Origin: Sphingomonas sp.
GTDB taxonomy: Bacteria; Pseudomonadota; Alphaproteobacteria; Sphingomonadales; Sphingomonadaceae
Direction of reading: 5' to 3'
Assembly: GCA_031397785.1 (NCBI GenBank)
Contig: JANNMK010000209.1
Span: 1 to 45,496, forward strand
DNA length: 45,496 nt
Shown here: one piece after another, positions 31,127-39,673 of the stretch
Layout of the letters: each line of letters begins with the position of its first letter
Position numbering within the stretch: position 1 is the first letter of the stretch
Made by a program: the position numbers and the translations under genes
Notes under the pieces: model-generated
The model's database searches: none
What the model was told of the DNA's origin: nothing
The model's input: the letters and a program-made list of their open reading frames with translations, nothing else

Positions 31127-31154
31127 AAGCGCGATAATATATATTATGTTAAAT
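31127..31154 (+). other. Chromosome dimer resolution site dif (XerC/XerD)
   Basis: AAGCGCGATAA-TATATA-TTATGTTAAAT. The XerD arm is identical to E. coli dif (TTATGTTAAAT) and the XerC arm is similar to GGTGCGCATAA. Intergenic; KOPS converge here. Confidence 0.9.
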
Positions 31155-31166
31155 CTATTCCGGCTT

Positions 31167-31376
31167 GGGGAGGGGCGTGGGGGTCGTAGGGGTCGTAGGG
31201 GCGTGCAGGTTGCGGCGGGTCGTGCGGGTCGTCGCCGGTCGCGGCGGGACTTGGCGGGTTGTGGCGGGTCGCAGGGGTCGCAGGGGTCGCAGGGGTCGTA
31301 GGGGCGTGGGGGTCGTGGCGGGTCGTGCGGGTCGTGCGGCACGTGGCGGGTCGTGGCGGGTTGTGCGGGTCGTGGA
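31167..31376 (+). repeat. Degenerate 9-10 bp G-rich minisatellite (GGGTCGYRG / GGGTCGTGGC units)
   Basis: About 20 units, e.g. GGGTCGTAG, three exact GGGTCGCAG, GGGTCGTGC, GGGTTGTGGC. Confidence 0.85.
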
Positions 31377-31377
31377 G

Positions 31378-31977
31378 TCATGGACGGATTTCCATTTCGC
31401 GCCCCGTTACCCGCCATGAGCCCAAGCGGCTGAGCCAGTTCATGCCGAGCAGATTGACCGAGCCCGGAACGTCGGACACCAGCACCGGCAGCGGTTCGAC
31501 CGTCACACCGCCGACCGTGACCGACGCGAGTTCGGCCGGCCAGCTGTTGATCGGGCCGTTGGCGGTCATGACCACCAGCGGCTGCGAGGTGCGGTCGATC
31601 GCGAGGCCAAGCTGCTGTGCTGTCTCGAAATTCAGTGCGGTTGTCGTCGCGCCGCTGTCGATCAGAAATTCGACGGGTTTGCCAGCGACCATGGCATCGA
31701 CCCAGAAATGGCCGTCGTCGGACTGGCGGATGACGCTGGCGTCGCCGCGCACGGTAGCGGCGCGGCCACCGCCCAGATCGGCGCGGGCGCGGTCCCACAC
31801 CTGCCCCAGCTCGTCACGGAACAAAACAAGACCATAAATTGCGGTGCCGATGACCGCCCAGGCCAGCACATATTTGACGAACTGCGCGACGGGCATGCGC
31901 AGCGCGACAATCGAGCTGACGAGAAGGACGATCGTAACCACGCCCCAGATCAGCGTCGTTCCTTCGAAAGCGTCCAT
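31378..31977 (-). CDS. Clan AA aspartic protease (TIGR02281-like), membrane anchored
   Basis: Two TM helices; DGHFW, FLIDSGAT, TANG, NLLGMNWL. Confidence 0.9.
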   Translation of the reverse strand: MDAFEGTTLIWGVVTIVLLVSSIVALRMPVAQFVKYVLAWAVIGTAIYGLVLFRDELGQVWDRARADLGGGRAATVRGDASVIRQSDDGHFWVDAMVAGKPVEFLIDSGATTTALNFETAQQLGLAIDRTSQPLVVMTANGPINSWPAELASVTVGGVTVEPLPVLVSDVPGSVNLLGMNWLSRLGSWRVTGREMEIRP

Positions 31978-31978
31978 G

Positions 31979-32755
31979 TCAGAGCAGGACCTCCAGCCCG
32001 TCATAGCCCGGCTCGACACCCTGAGGCAGTTCGGCGGCCAATGTCTGATAATCCATCGAACTGTCCATGTGCATCAGCACCGAGCGGCGTGGTGCGACCC
32101 GTTCGATCGCTTCGAGCGTGAGCGCGAGATGGGGATGGGTGGGATGCGGACGACGACGCAGCGCATCGACGATGAAAAGGTCCAAACCCCCGAAAAAATG
32201 CGTCATTTGCCCGGTAAACTGCTGAAAATCGGTCGCATAGCCCACCGAAATGCCGCCGCAGTTAAAGCGATATCCGGCCGAGGTGATCCCGCCATGCGGC
32301 ATGTCGACAAAATCGACCCTGATGTCGCCGACGGTCATCGCGCCGGTGAGCGGTCCGCCACCGAGCAGCGCGGGATAGCCGCCATTGCCCTGCCAGGCGT
32401 AGCTGAACCGGTTGGTCAGCCGTTTCCAGGTGTCGGGCCGGGCGTGGCAGGCAATGGGTTTGCCATGCGCCAGAAACAGCGGGCGCAGATCGTCGATGCC
32501 ATGGCAATGATCGGCATGTTCGTGCGTCCAGAACACCGCATCGATGCGCGGGCCGTTTGCGGCAATCAATTGTTCGCGCAGATCGGTCGACGTGTCGACC
32601 AGGATGGTCGTCGTGGCGCTTTGCACCAGCAGGGACGCGCGCATGCGGCGGTTTCTGGGTTCGGCTGGATCGCAGCTGCCCCAGTCGACGCCGCCGATGC
32701 CGAGACGGGGCACGCCGGACGAGGTGCCGGAACCGAGGAGGCGGATTTTCAGCAT
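31979..32755 (-). CDS. MBL-fold metallo-hydrolase (PhnP-like)
   Basis: LGSGTSSGVP, RNRRMRAS, THEHADHCHGIDDLR, YATD, HPTH, GYDG. Confidence 0.92.
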   Translation of the reverse strand: MLKIRLLGSGTSSGVPRLGIGGVDWGSCDPAEPRNRRMRASLLVQSATTTILVDTSTDLREQLIAANGPRIDAVFWTHEHADHCHGIDDLRPLFLAHGKPIACHARPDTWKRLTNRFSYAWQGNGGYPALLGGGPLTGAMTVGDIRVDFVDMPHGGITSAGYRFNCGGISVGYATDFQQFTGQMTHFFGGLDLFIVDALRRRPHPTHPHLALTLEAIERVAPRRSVLMHMDSSMDYQTLAAELPQGVEPGYDGLEVLL

Positions 32756-32762
32756 GGCATAT

Positions 32763-33824
32763 TCAGCAGGGGGATGGGGTTTGGGGCAAGGCTGCCGGGG
32801 TGGGGTTTTGTTGATGCGCGGTTTGTTGATGCGAGATCCGATTTTGCGGCGAGAGCCCCCCCGACCCCTTCGGGGCCACCCCCCCATCGCAAGTCGATGG
32901 GGGGGATTGGGCGAACGGACCCGACCCCTTCGGGGCCACGCCATCATCGCAAGTCGATGGGGGGGATTGGGCGGATGAAACCGCGCTGCGAGGGGCTGCC
33001 CCGTCATTGTACGTCGATGGGGGGGATTGGGCGGATGGGGCTGCGCTTTGGGGGGTTGCTTTGGTGAACAGGCGGTAGAAATTGTTCGAGGTGTTTTGCG
33101 CCAATTCTTCCAGTGGTTCTTGGCGCAGATCGGCGAGGAAGCGGGCAGTGTCGGTGACGAAGGCGGGTTCGCAGGTTTTGCCGCGATTGGGGACAGGCGC
33201 GAGGAAGGGGGCGTCGGTTTCGATGAGCAGGCGGTCTGCGGGTACGGTGATCGCCGATGCCTGGAGATCGCGCGCGTTCTTGAAGGTAACGATGCCGGAG
33301 AGCGAGATGTAGAGGCCAAGCGCCAGCGCGCGCTCCGCAAAATCCTGGCTGGCGGTGAAGCAGTGGATGACGCCGGTATAGGCCCCCCTGCCCATTTCTT
33401 CGGTCATGATGGCCAGCGTGTCGGCCTCCGCATCGCGGGTGTGGACGATGATCGGCAGGCCGGTGGCGCGCGCGGCGGCAATATGGCTGCGAAAGCTGGT
33501 GCGTTGGCGTTCGCGGTCCGATTTGTCGTAATAATAATCGAGGCCGGTTTCGCCGATGGCGATCACCTTTGCATCGGCCGAGGCAGCGATGAGGCGTGCC
33601 GTGTCGATTTCTGCGTGGCCGTCGGCCTCATGCGGATGGATGCCGATGCTGGCCCAGATGCCGGCATGACGGTGCGCGGTGCCGACCACGGCATCCCATT
33701 CGGCCACCCGGGTCGAGATGTTGAGCATGGCATCGACGCCCGCCGCCCTGGCACGCGCGATGACGGCATCCTGATCCTCAACAAGGCCGGCGTAGTTCAG
33801 ATGGCAATGGCTGTCGACGACCAT
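32763..33824 (-). CDS. tatD: TatD family hydrolase with a ~100 aa repeat-derived C-terminal extension
   Basis: VDSHCHL, GIHPH, IGETGLDY, HTRDA, HCFT, ETDAPFLAP. The usual end (NFYRLFTKA) is followed by 20-aa repeats. TGATG overlap with metG. Confidence 0.92.
   Translation of the reverse strand: MVVDSHCHLNYAGLVEDQDAVIARARAAGVDAMLNISTRVAEWDAVVGTAHRHAGIWASIGIHPHEADGHAEIDTARLIAASADAKVIAIGETGLDYYYDKSDRERQRTSFRSHIAAARATGLPIIVHTRDAEADTLAIMTEEMGRGAYTGVIHCFTASQDFAERALALGLYISLSGIVTFKNARDLQASAITVPADRLLIETDAPFLAPVPNRGKTCEPAFVTDTARFLADLRQEPLEELAQNTSNNFYRLFTKATPQSAAPSAQSPPSTYNDGAAPRSAVSSAQSPPSTCDDGVAPKGSGPFAQSPPSTCDGGVAPKGSGGLSPQNRISHQQTAHQQNPTPAALPQTPSPC
32860..33060. repeat. About 3.3 tandem copies of a 60-bp palindromic REP-like unit
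   Basis: Exact 60-nt period; invariant GTCGATGGGGGGGATTGGGCG; hairpins CCCCCCCATCG-CAAGT-CGATGGGGGGG and CCC-TTCG-GGG. Confidence 0.9.
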
Positions 33825-35383
33825 CAGGCGGCTGCCATTTCGAGCCGGGGGAAGACGCCCGCCGGAGCGGGGAGTTGTGTCCCGGCCATAATAGGCGCGG
33901 CCAAGGCATTGAAATCGCGCTTGTCCTGCCCCTGGGCCAAAAGATCGAGCATTTTTGCCGATCCCGAGGGGATGGCCCAGCCAGTCATGATCGCCAGCCG
34001 CCGCACGGCTTCGGCGGTGGTGTAAAGCACGGTGTCGGCGCGCGCTGGATCGGTCTTGCGCAGCGCCCATGGCGCACATTCTGCGAAATAATTGTTCGCC
34101 GCGCTCATCGCCGACCAGATATGTTCGAGCGCGGCACCGATGTTGAGCCGGTCCATGGCAGCCACCGCCGCAGCCTGCGCCGCATCGATGGTCGCCAGCA
34201 GCGTGGCATCGGCAGGGTCTGCGGCGGCGGGTTGCGGCACCCTGCCCTCGCAGTTTTTGGCGATCATCGACAGGCTGCGCTGGGCCAGATTGCCGAAATT
34301 ATTGGCCAGATCCGCATTGCAGCGGGTGACGATCGCATCCTCGCTATAGCTGCCATCGCTGCCGAAGCTGACTTCGCGGAGCAGGAAATAGCGCAGTTGA
34401 TCGACCCCGAAGACCGATGCCAGTTCGACGGGATCGACGACATTGCCGAGCGATTTCGACATTTTCTCGCCCTTGTGCAGCAGGAAGCCGTGGCCGAACA
34501 CCGTTCCGGGCAGCGGCAGCCCCGCGCTGAGCAGGAAGGCGGGCCAGTAGACGGTGTGGAAACGGACGATATCCTTGCCGATCAGCTGCAGATCGGCGGG
34601 CCAGTAGCGCGCCATATCGCCGCCGAGATCGGGATAGCCGAGCCCCGAGATGTAGCAGGTCAGCGCGTCGAGCCAGACATACATGACATGCTGGCGGTCG
34701 CCAGCGGACATGGCAAGATCCGGACTGTCGGGCACCCGAACCCCCCAATCGAAGCTGGTGCGCGATACCGACAGATCGTTGAGCCCGCCTTCGATGAAGC
34801 GCAGCACTTCGTTGCGGCGGCTTTCGGGCTGAATGAAATCGGGGTTGGCGGCGATATGGTCGAGCAAGGGCTGCTGATATTTGGACAGGCGGAAAAACCA
34901 GCTTTCCTCGACCGTCCATTCGACCGGCGTTCCCTGGGGCGAGCGGCGATCATCGCCCTCCCCCACCAGTTCCTTTTCGTCATAATAGGCTTCGTCGCGG
35001 ACCGAATACCAGCCGGTGTAGCGATCGAGATAGAGATCGTCATTGGCCGCCATCGCCCGCCAGATCGCCTGACTGGCAGCGTGGTGGCCGGGTTCGGTCG
35101 TCCTGATGAACCGATCATAGCTGATGTCGAGAATATCGCACATCTGATGGAAATAGCCGGACATTTCATCAGCGAGAGCGCGCGGTTCGACGCCCAGTTC
35201 GCGCGCCTTTTGCGCCATTTTGAGACCATGTTCGTCGGTGCCAGTCTGGAAACGGACATCGCGGCCCGACAGGCGCTGAAAGCGGGCGATGGCATCGGCG
35301 GCAATCGCTTCATAGGCGTGGCCGATATGCGGACGGCCGTTGGGATAGCTGATCGCCGTGGTGATATAATAAGGGGTCGTCAT
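33824..35383 (-). CDS. metG: Methionine--tRNA ligase (short form)
   Basis: YITTAISYPNGRPHIGH, GTDEHG, YVWLDAL, GKDIVRFH, KMSKSLGN. Confidence 0.97.
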   Translation of the reverse strand: MTTPYYITTAISYPNGRPHIGHAYEAIAADAIARFQRLSGRDVRFQTGTDEHGLKMAQKARELGVEPRALADEMSGYFHQMCDILDISYDRFIRTTEPGHHAASQAIWRAMAANDDLYLDRYTGWYSVRDEAYYDEKELVGEGDDRRSPQGTPVEWTVEESWFFRLSKYQQPLLDHIAANPDFIQPESRRNEVLRFIEGGLNDLSVSRTSFDWGVRVPDSPDLAMSAGDRQHVMYVWLDALTCYISGLGYPDLGGDMARYWPADLQLIGKDIVRFHTVYWPAFLLSAGLPLPGTVFGHGFLLHKGEKMSKSLGNVVDPVELASVFGVDQLRYFLLREVSFGSDGSYSEDAIVTRCNADLANNFGNLAQRSLSMIAKNCEGRVPQPAAADPADATLLATIDAAQAAAVAAMDRLNIGAALEHIWSAMSAANNYFAECAPWALRKTDPARADTVLYTTAEAVRRLAIMTGWAIPSGSAKMLDLLAQGQDKRDFNALAAPIMAGTQLPAPAGVFPRLEMAAA

Positions 35384-35416
35384 GCGCCGGGCTGTAACGC
35401 GGTGTCGGCGAATTGC

Positions 35417-36400
35417 CTAGCGTTTCGCTGGCGCGGCGAGCGCGTTGCCGATGGCGACAGAGACGCTGGCGGCGTCCTCCGACCAGGCGACCGCAGTGCT
35501 GGCGATGGCCAGCAGCCGGTCGCGGGTGGCGAGCGCATCGCCGAGCGCGGCGGCCGGGCTGGCGAGGACGCGGGCGGTGGCGAGCGCGACGGCCTGAGCC
35601 AGCATCCCTTCGAACCGCTGTTTTTCCGCGACACCGGAGAGCATTTTTGCCAGCTGGCCCCTGCCCTGATTGGCGGGATCGCCAGTGCTGGCGATGCTTT
35701 CCAGCAAGGCTGCGACGTCCCCGACGCCGCGCCGCGCATGGCCGAGCGCGCGACCGGGCGAGCCGCGACCGATGGCCACCAGCGCATCGAGCGTGGCGCG
35801 ATCCGCATCCGGCAGATCGCGCGCGAGCAGTGTCGCCATATCCGCGTCGGCGAGCGGTGCGAAGGGCAGCAGGCGGCAGCGCGAGCGGATGGTGGGGAGC
35901 AAGCGTCCCGGATTATGGCTGACGAGGAAGAAGATCGTGTTGTCGGGTGGTTCCTCGATGGTCTTGAGCAAAGCGTTGGCTGCGCCGCGTTCGAGATCGT
36001 CGATGCTGTCGATGACCACGGTGCGATAGCGGGCGATGGCGGGTCTGGTCCGCATCTTGCCGATAAGATCGCGTACCTGATCGACGGTGATGTTGCGGGC
36101 GAGATCGCTTTCGCCAGGCGCCCCGGTATCGCGCCTGCTTTTGGGCGGATCGCGTTTGACCCAGAGAAATTCGGGATGCGCGCCGCTCGCCACCAGATGG
36201 CTGGCCGGATGATCGGCGGCGACATCGAACGCGCTGCCGTGATTGCCATCGGCGAGCAGGAACAATGCGGCACGGCGGGCAAAGGCGGCCTTGCCGATGC
36301 CCTTTGCCCCGCTGAGCAGCCAGGCGTGCGGGATGCGGCCGCTGCGATGCGCGTCGATGAGGGCATCGCGCTGACCATCATGACCGATCCATCCGCTCAT
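35417..36400 (-). CDS. holB: DNA polymerase III delta-prime subunit
   Basis: MSGWIGHD start (ATGA overlap with tmk); HAWLLSGAKGIGKA; AANALLKTIEEPP; LLPTIRSRC. Confidence 0.92.
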   Translation of the reverse strand: MSGWIGHDGQRDALIDAHRSGRIPHAWLLSGAKGIGKAAFARRAALFLLADGNHGSAFDVAADHPASHLVASGAHPEFLWVKRDPPKSRRDTGAPGESDLARNITVDQVRDLIGKMRTRPAIARYRTVVIDSIDDLERGAANALLKTIEEPPDNTIFFLVSHNPGRLLPTIRSRCRLLPFAPLADADMATLLARDLPDADRATLDALVAIGRGSPGRALGHARRGVGDVAALLESIASTGDPANQGRGQLAKMLSGVAEKQRFEGMLAQAVALATARVLASPAAALGDALATRDRLLAIASTAVAWSEDAASVSVAIGNALAAPAKR

Positions 36401-37035
36401 GGCATGAGGTCCGCGAGTTCGGCGAGCAGACGCACGGTGACCTGTTCGGGCGGGCCGGACGCATCGATGGTACGGACGCGGGCCGGATCGGCCGCGGCGA
36501 TGGCGGCAAAGGCGCTGGCGACGCGCTGGTGGAATGCATCGGGCCGATCCTCGAACCGGTCGGGCCGATCGAGCTGGCGCAGCGTGCGGCGGCGGGCAGT
36601 GGCCGCGCTGTCGACCGACAGCAGCAATGTCCGGTCCGGCATCAGGCCGCCGCTGCCGATGGCATGCAGCGCGAGAATGTCGGCATCGGCCAGATCGCCG
36701 GCGCCGCCCTGATAGGCGCGCGAGGAATCGACGAAGCGATCGCACAGCACCCATTGTCCCGCAGCGAGCGCAGGGGCGATGACATGGTCGATATGGTCCG
36801 AGCGGGCGGCGGCGAACAGCAAAGCTTCTGCGCGCGGTCCGAACGCTTCGGCGCTGCCATGCAGCAGGAGCGAGCGGATTGCCTCTGCGCCCGGGCTGCC
36901 GCCGGGTTCGCGGGTGGTGACGACGGCAAGGCCGAGCGATTCGAGCGCGCTGGCGAGAGCGTGGATCTGGGTCGATTTGCCGACCGCCTCGCCGCCTTCG
37001 AGCGTGATGAAGCGGCCGCGTGGTGGGCCGATCAT
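36397..37035 (-). CDS. tmk: Thymidylate kinase
   Basis: FITLEGGEAVGKST, TREPGG, LLFAAAR, LCDRFVDSSRAYQG, PDRT. Confidence 0.95.
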   Translation of the reverse strand: MIGPPRGRFITLEGGEAVGKSTQIHALASALESLGLAVVTTREPGGSPGAEAIRSLLLHGSAEAFGPRAEALLFAAARSDHIDHVIAPALAAGQWVLCDRFVDSSRAYQGGAGDLADADILALHAIGSGGLMPDRTLLLSVDSAATARRRTLRQLDRPDRFEDRPDAFHQRVASAFAAIAAADPARVRTIDASGPPEQVTVRLLAELADLMP

Positions 37036-37946
37036 CGTTCGCGCTGGACGACCGCGCCGGGCTGACCGAGGCTGCGCGCGCGGGCGATGGCGGCCTGCGC
37101 TTCGGCAGCGGTGGCGAACGGGCCATAGCGGACGCGGTGGATGGCGCCGGCGCTGACCACCGTTGCGCCGAGCCTGCGGGCCAGAGCATCGGCACGGGCG
37201 CGGGTGGAGAAGGCGGCGACCTGGACGATGTAGCCGCCAGCGCCAGCCGGTGCGGCGGGTGCGGCGGCGGGTGCGGGAGTGACGGGGGATGCAGGAGTGA
37301 CGGGGGATGCGGCTGGCGGTGGGGGTGTTGGTAGCGGCGTGGTCGTTGCGCGGGCACTGGCGGGGACCGGGAGCCGAGCGGCGCGTTCACGCAGGATTTC
37401 GAGCAGCGAATCCGGTGTATCGATGCGCGCCGCCACAGGCTGGCCAGCACGCAGCGCTGCGCGTTCGGTTTCTACGGGGTTGGTGCGGCGGATGCGGACC
37501 GGGACCATGCCGAGTTCGGTGATGCCGAGCTGTTCGGCGGCACCGGTGGACAGATCGATGGTGCGGGCAGGATCGGCGGGGCCGCGATCGTTGATGCGCA
37601 CGAGGATGGTGCGCCCGGTATCGAGCCGTGTCACCTCGACATAGCTGGGCAGCGGCAAGGTGCGATGCGCGGCGCTGATCGCTGCCGGATCGAAGGGTTC
37701 GCCGCTGGCGGTGGGCCGGCCGGCGAGTTCTGCGCCATACCAGCTGGCATAGCCGGCTTCGTCATAATCGACCTGATCGAGCGGGGTGTAGGTGCGCCCG
37801 GCGATGGTGTAGGGCGCGCCGGTGCGGGCCGGACCGTCGCCAGGAAGGACCGCGGCGGGCGGGGTGGCGGACGGGGCGGACGGGGTGTCCCCCGGCGACG
37901 AGCATGACGCGAGAGCGAGCAGGGCCATCGCGGAGGCAATCCGCAT
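37032..37946 (-). CDS. rlpA: Septal ring lytic transglycosylase RlpA lipoprotein with SPOR domain
   Basis: Lipobox LALASC; GYASWYG, AAHRTLPLPSYVEVT, VRINDRGP, IDLS; SPOR VQVAAFS...RVRYGPF. Confidence 0.92.
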   Translation of the reverse strand: MRIASAMALLALASCSSPGDTPSAPSATPPAAVLPGDGPARTGAPYTIAGRTYTPLDQVDYDEAGYASWYGAELAGRPTASGEPFDPAAISAAHRTLPLPSYVEVTRLDTGRTILVRINDRGPADPARTIDLSTGAAEQLGITELGMVPVRIRRTNPVETERAALRAGQPVAARIDTPDSLLEILRERAARLPVPASARATTTPLPTPPPPAASPVTPASPVTPAPAAAPAAPAGAGGYIVQVAAFSTRARADALARRLGATVVSAGAIHRVRYGPFATAAEAQAAIARARSLGQPGAVVQRER

Positions 37947-37956
37947 CAATGGCGGC

Positions 37957-39027
37957 TTATCCTGTGATTTCATCTGCCAACAATCCTACCGACAGCCCGT
38001 AGAAGTTCGAGCAATTATAATCGAGGATCGCCCGATAGCTGCCGCTGAGTAAATAAGCGGTGTTGCCCTGGCCATCGGGCTCGATCAGGCTGAGCAACTG
38101 ATCGTCGGCAGGCATGCGGCCGCCACGGATGCTGACACCCCGCGCGCGCCATTCGGTGGCGGTGAGAAAGCGGCTGTGGCGCTGAAACACGCGGGCGCAG
38201 CGCGGCGAGGCGCTGCGGGTGGCGAGTTGCGCCCGATCGAGGCTGGCCGGGACCGTGGCGGCAAAGCCCCAATGTTCACCGCGTTTGTAGCCGGACACTT
38301 GCAGATAATGGGCGATCGAGGCGAGCGCATCGGCCTGATTGTTCCAGATGGCGGCGACACCATCGCCATCGCCGTCGCGGGCGAGGCGCAGATAAACGGT
38401 CGGCAGGAATTGCGGATGGCCGAACGCACCGGCCCAGCTGCCGATCAGCGCCTCACGCGGGGCACCCTGTTCGACCATTTTGAGCGCGGCGAGAAACTCC
38501 GCTTCGAACAGGCTGCGGCGGCGACCATCATAAGCCAGCGTCGCGAGCGAGCGCAGCAGATCGAAATCGCCAGTGATCCGGCCATAATTGGTTTCATGCC
38601 CATAAATGCCCAGCACGATCCCGGCGGGAACCCCGCTGGCGCGCTCTATCTGGGCGAGATGGTCGCGTTCCCGGGCATAGACCGCCCTGCCGCCGGCAAT
38701 CCGTGCGGCATCGACGTGACGGGCGCGGTAAGGAGCGAAAGGTGCGATCGGCGCAGCGGGATTGACGCGGATCTCATCGAGCTGGTTGCGGTCGAGCTGG
38801 ACGACGCGGGGATTGAAGCTGAGGGTCGGCACCACCCGGTCGAACGTCGCGCGGCTGATCCCTATCGCTTCGGCCTGTGGGCGCAGGCTGGCGAGATAGG
38901 CATCGAAGCTTTGTATGGCGCCCGAAGGCGGTGGTGCAGATTGCGCGACGGCGACGCTGCCGGTGACAGCGATGCCCATCAAGGCGATGGCAAGGATGCG
39001 GGCGAGGCGGGCGGGTAAAGCATGCAT
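37957..39027 (-). CDS. Lytic murein transglycosylase (MltB family)
   Basis: IYGHETNYG, LATLAYDGRR, GSWAGAFGHPQFLP, YNCSNFY. Confidence 0.9.
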   Translation of the reverse strand: MHALPARLARILAIALMGIAVTGSVAVAQSAPPPSGAIQSFDAYLASLRPQAEAIGISRATFDRVVPTLSFNPRVVQLDRNQLDEIRVNPAAPIAPFAPYRARHVDAARIAGGRAVYARERDHLAQIERASGVPAGIVLGIYGHETNYGRITGDFDLLRSLATLAYDGRRRSLFEAEFLAALKMVEQGAPREALIGSWAGAFGHPQFLPTVYLRLARDGDGDGVAAIWNNQADALASIAHYLQVSGYKRGEHWGFAATVPASLDRAQLATRSASPRCARVFQRHSRFLTATEWRARGVSIRGGRMPADDQLLSLIEPDGQGNTAYLLSGSYRAILDYNCSNFYGLSVGLLADEITG

Positions 39028-39159
39028 TGCATGATAGTGCCAGCATCGCAGGCAATGGGGAAGAGGCGAAGGCAACGCGCCGCAAACTTGTCGCTTTGCA
39101 TCGACGACCAGTCGCCGCTATGCGACGGATCGCCGGTGGCACCCGTAGAGGGTGCGCGC

Positions 39160-39249
39160 GGACAGGTGGCCGAGTGGTTTAAGGCAGCGGTCTTGAAAAC
39201 CGCCGAGGGTGGAAGCCCTCCGTGGGTTCGAATCCCACCCTGTCCGCCA
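39160..39249 (+). tRNA. tRNA-Ser(TGA)
   Basis: GGACAGG/CCTGTCC acceptor stem, G73, CCA; anticodon arm GCGGT-CTTGAAA-ACCGC; long variable arm. Confidence 0.97.
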
Positions 39250-39393
39250 GAATATGCGGCTTTCCGCAGGAGCAACCACCATGTTGGGACACGACATGCG
39301 GTGCGGATGACCGCCGACCGCCAATGCACCGGCGCGCTATGACAAGCGCCCCCTTGCCACTCTGCCCTCCCTGCCGCTACACCCGACGCCGTG

Positions 39394-39581
39394 ACGCAGG
39401 GTTTCCCGTAACAGGGAACTAAGAGGGAAGCCGGTTTATATCCGGCGCTGCCCCCGCAACTGTGACCGGCGAGCGGATATGCACGACGTGCCACTGGGGT
39501 GACGGGCTGGAGACAGCGCGGAACCCTGGGAAGGCCAGCATAGTCGCGGTGACCCGGCAAGCCAGGAGACCTGCCTTGCGT
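39394..39581 (+). ncRNA. Cobalamin riboswitch
   Basis: AAGAGGGAAGCCGGT...CCGGCGCTGCCCCCGCAACTGTGA...GCCACTG...GGGAAGG...AGCCAGGAGACCTGCC (B12 box); directly upstream of a btuB-like gene. Confidence 0.95.
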
Positions 39582-39673
39582 TGCCGTTAGTTCGTCCGGG
39601 CGGGGTGCACCGATGCGAGCGGGATTCGTCCTGCATAGCGGCTGTTTGTGGCGCTATGTAAGGATGAATATGT

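Noticed and set aside
32860-33060. CRISPR array (invariant 21-nt core recurring every 60 nt)
   Set aside because: The intervening sequences are related to each other rather than unique spacers, there are only about 3 units, and no cas genes are present. It is a tandem repeat.
33875-36712. 945-aa plus-strand ORF
   Set aside because: Antisense shadow of metG/holB/tmk in high-GC DNA; no recognisable motifs.
37255-37325. Short tandem repeats in rlpA (ASPVTP x2) and the Pro/Ala tail of the TPR protein
   Set aside because: Ordinary low-complexity linkers.
35417-37450. 677-aa extended holB ORF suggesting a fusion
   Set aside because: The upstream part is an Arg/Pro-rich alternate frame of tmk/rlpA; the real start is the ATGA-coupled ATG at 36400.
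39160-39249. tRNA-Sec or UGA suppressor that might read the TGA at 1702
   Set aside because: The anticodon is TGA (reads UCA, Ser), not TCA, and the 7-bp acceptor stem is standard.
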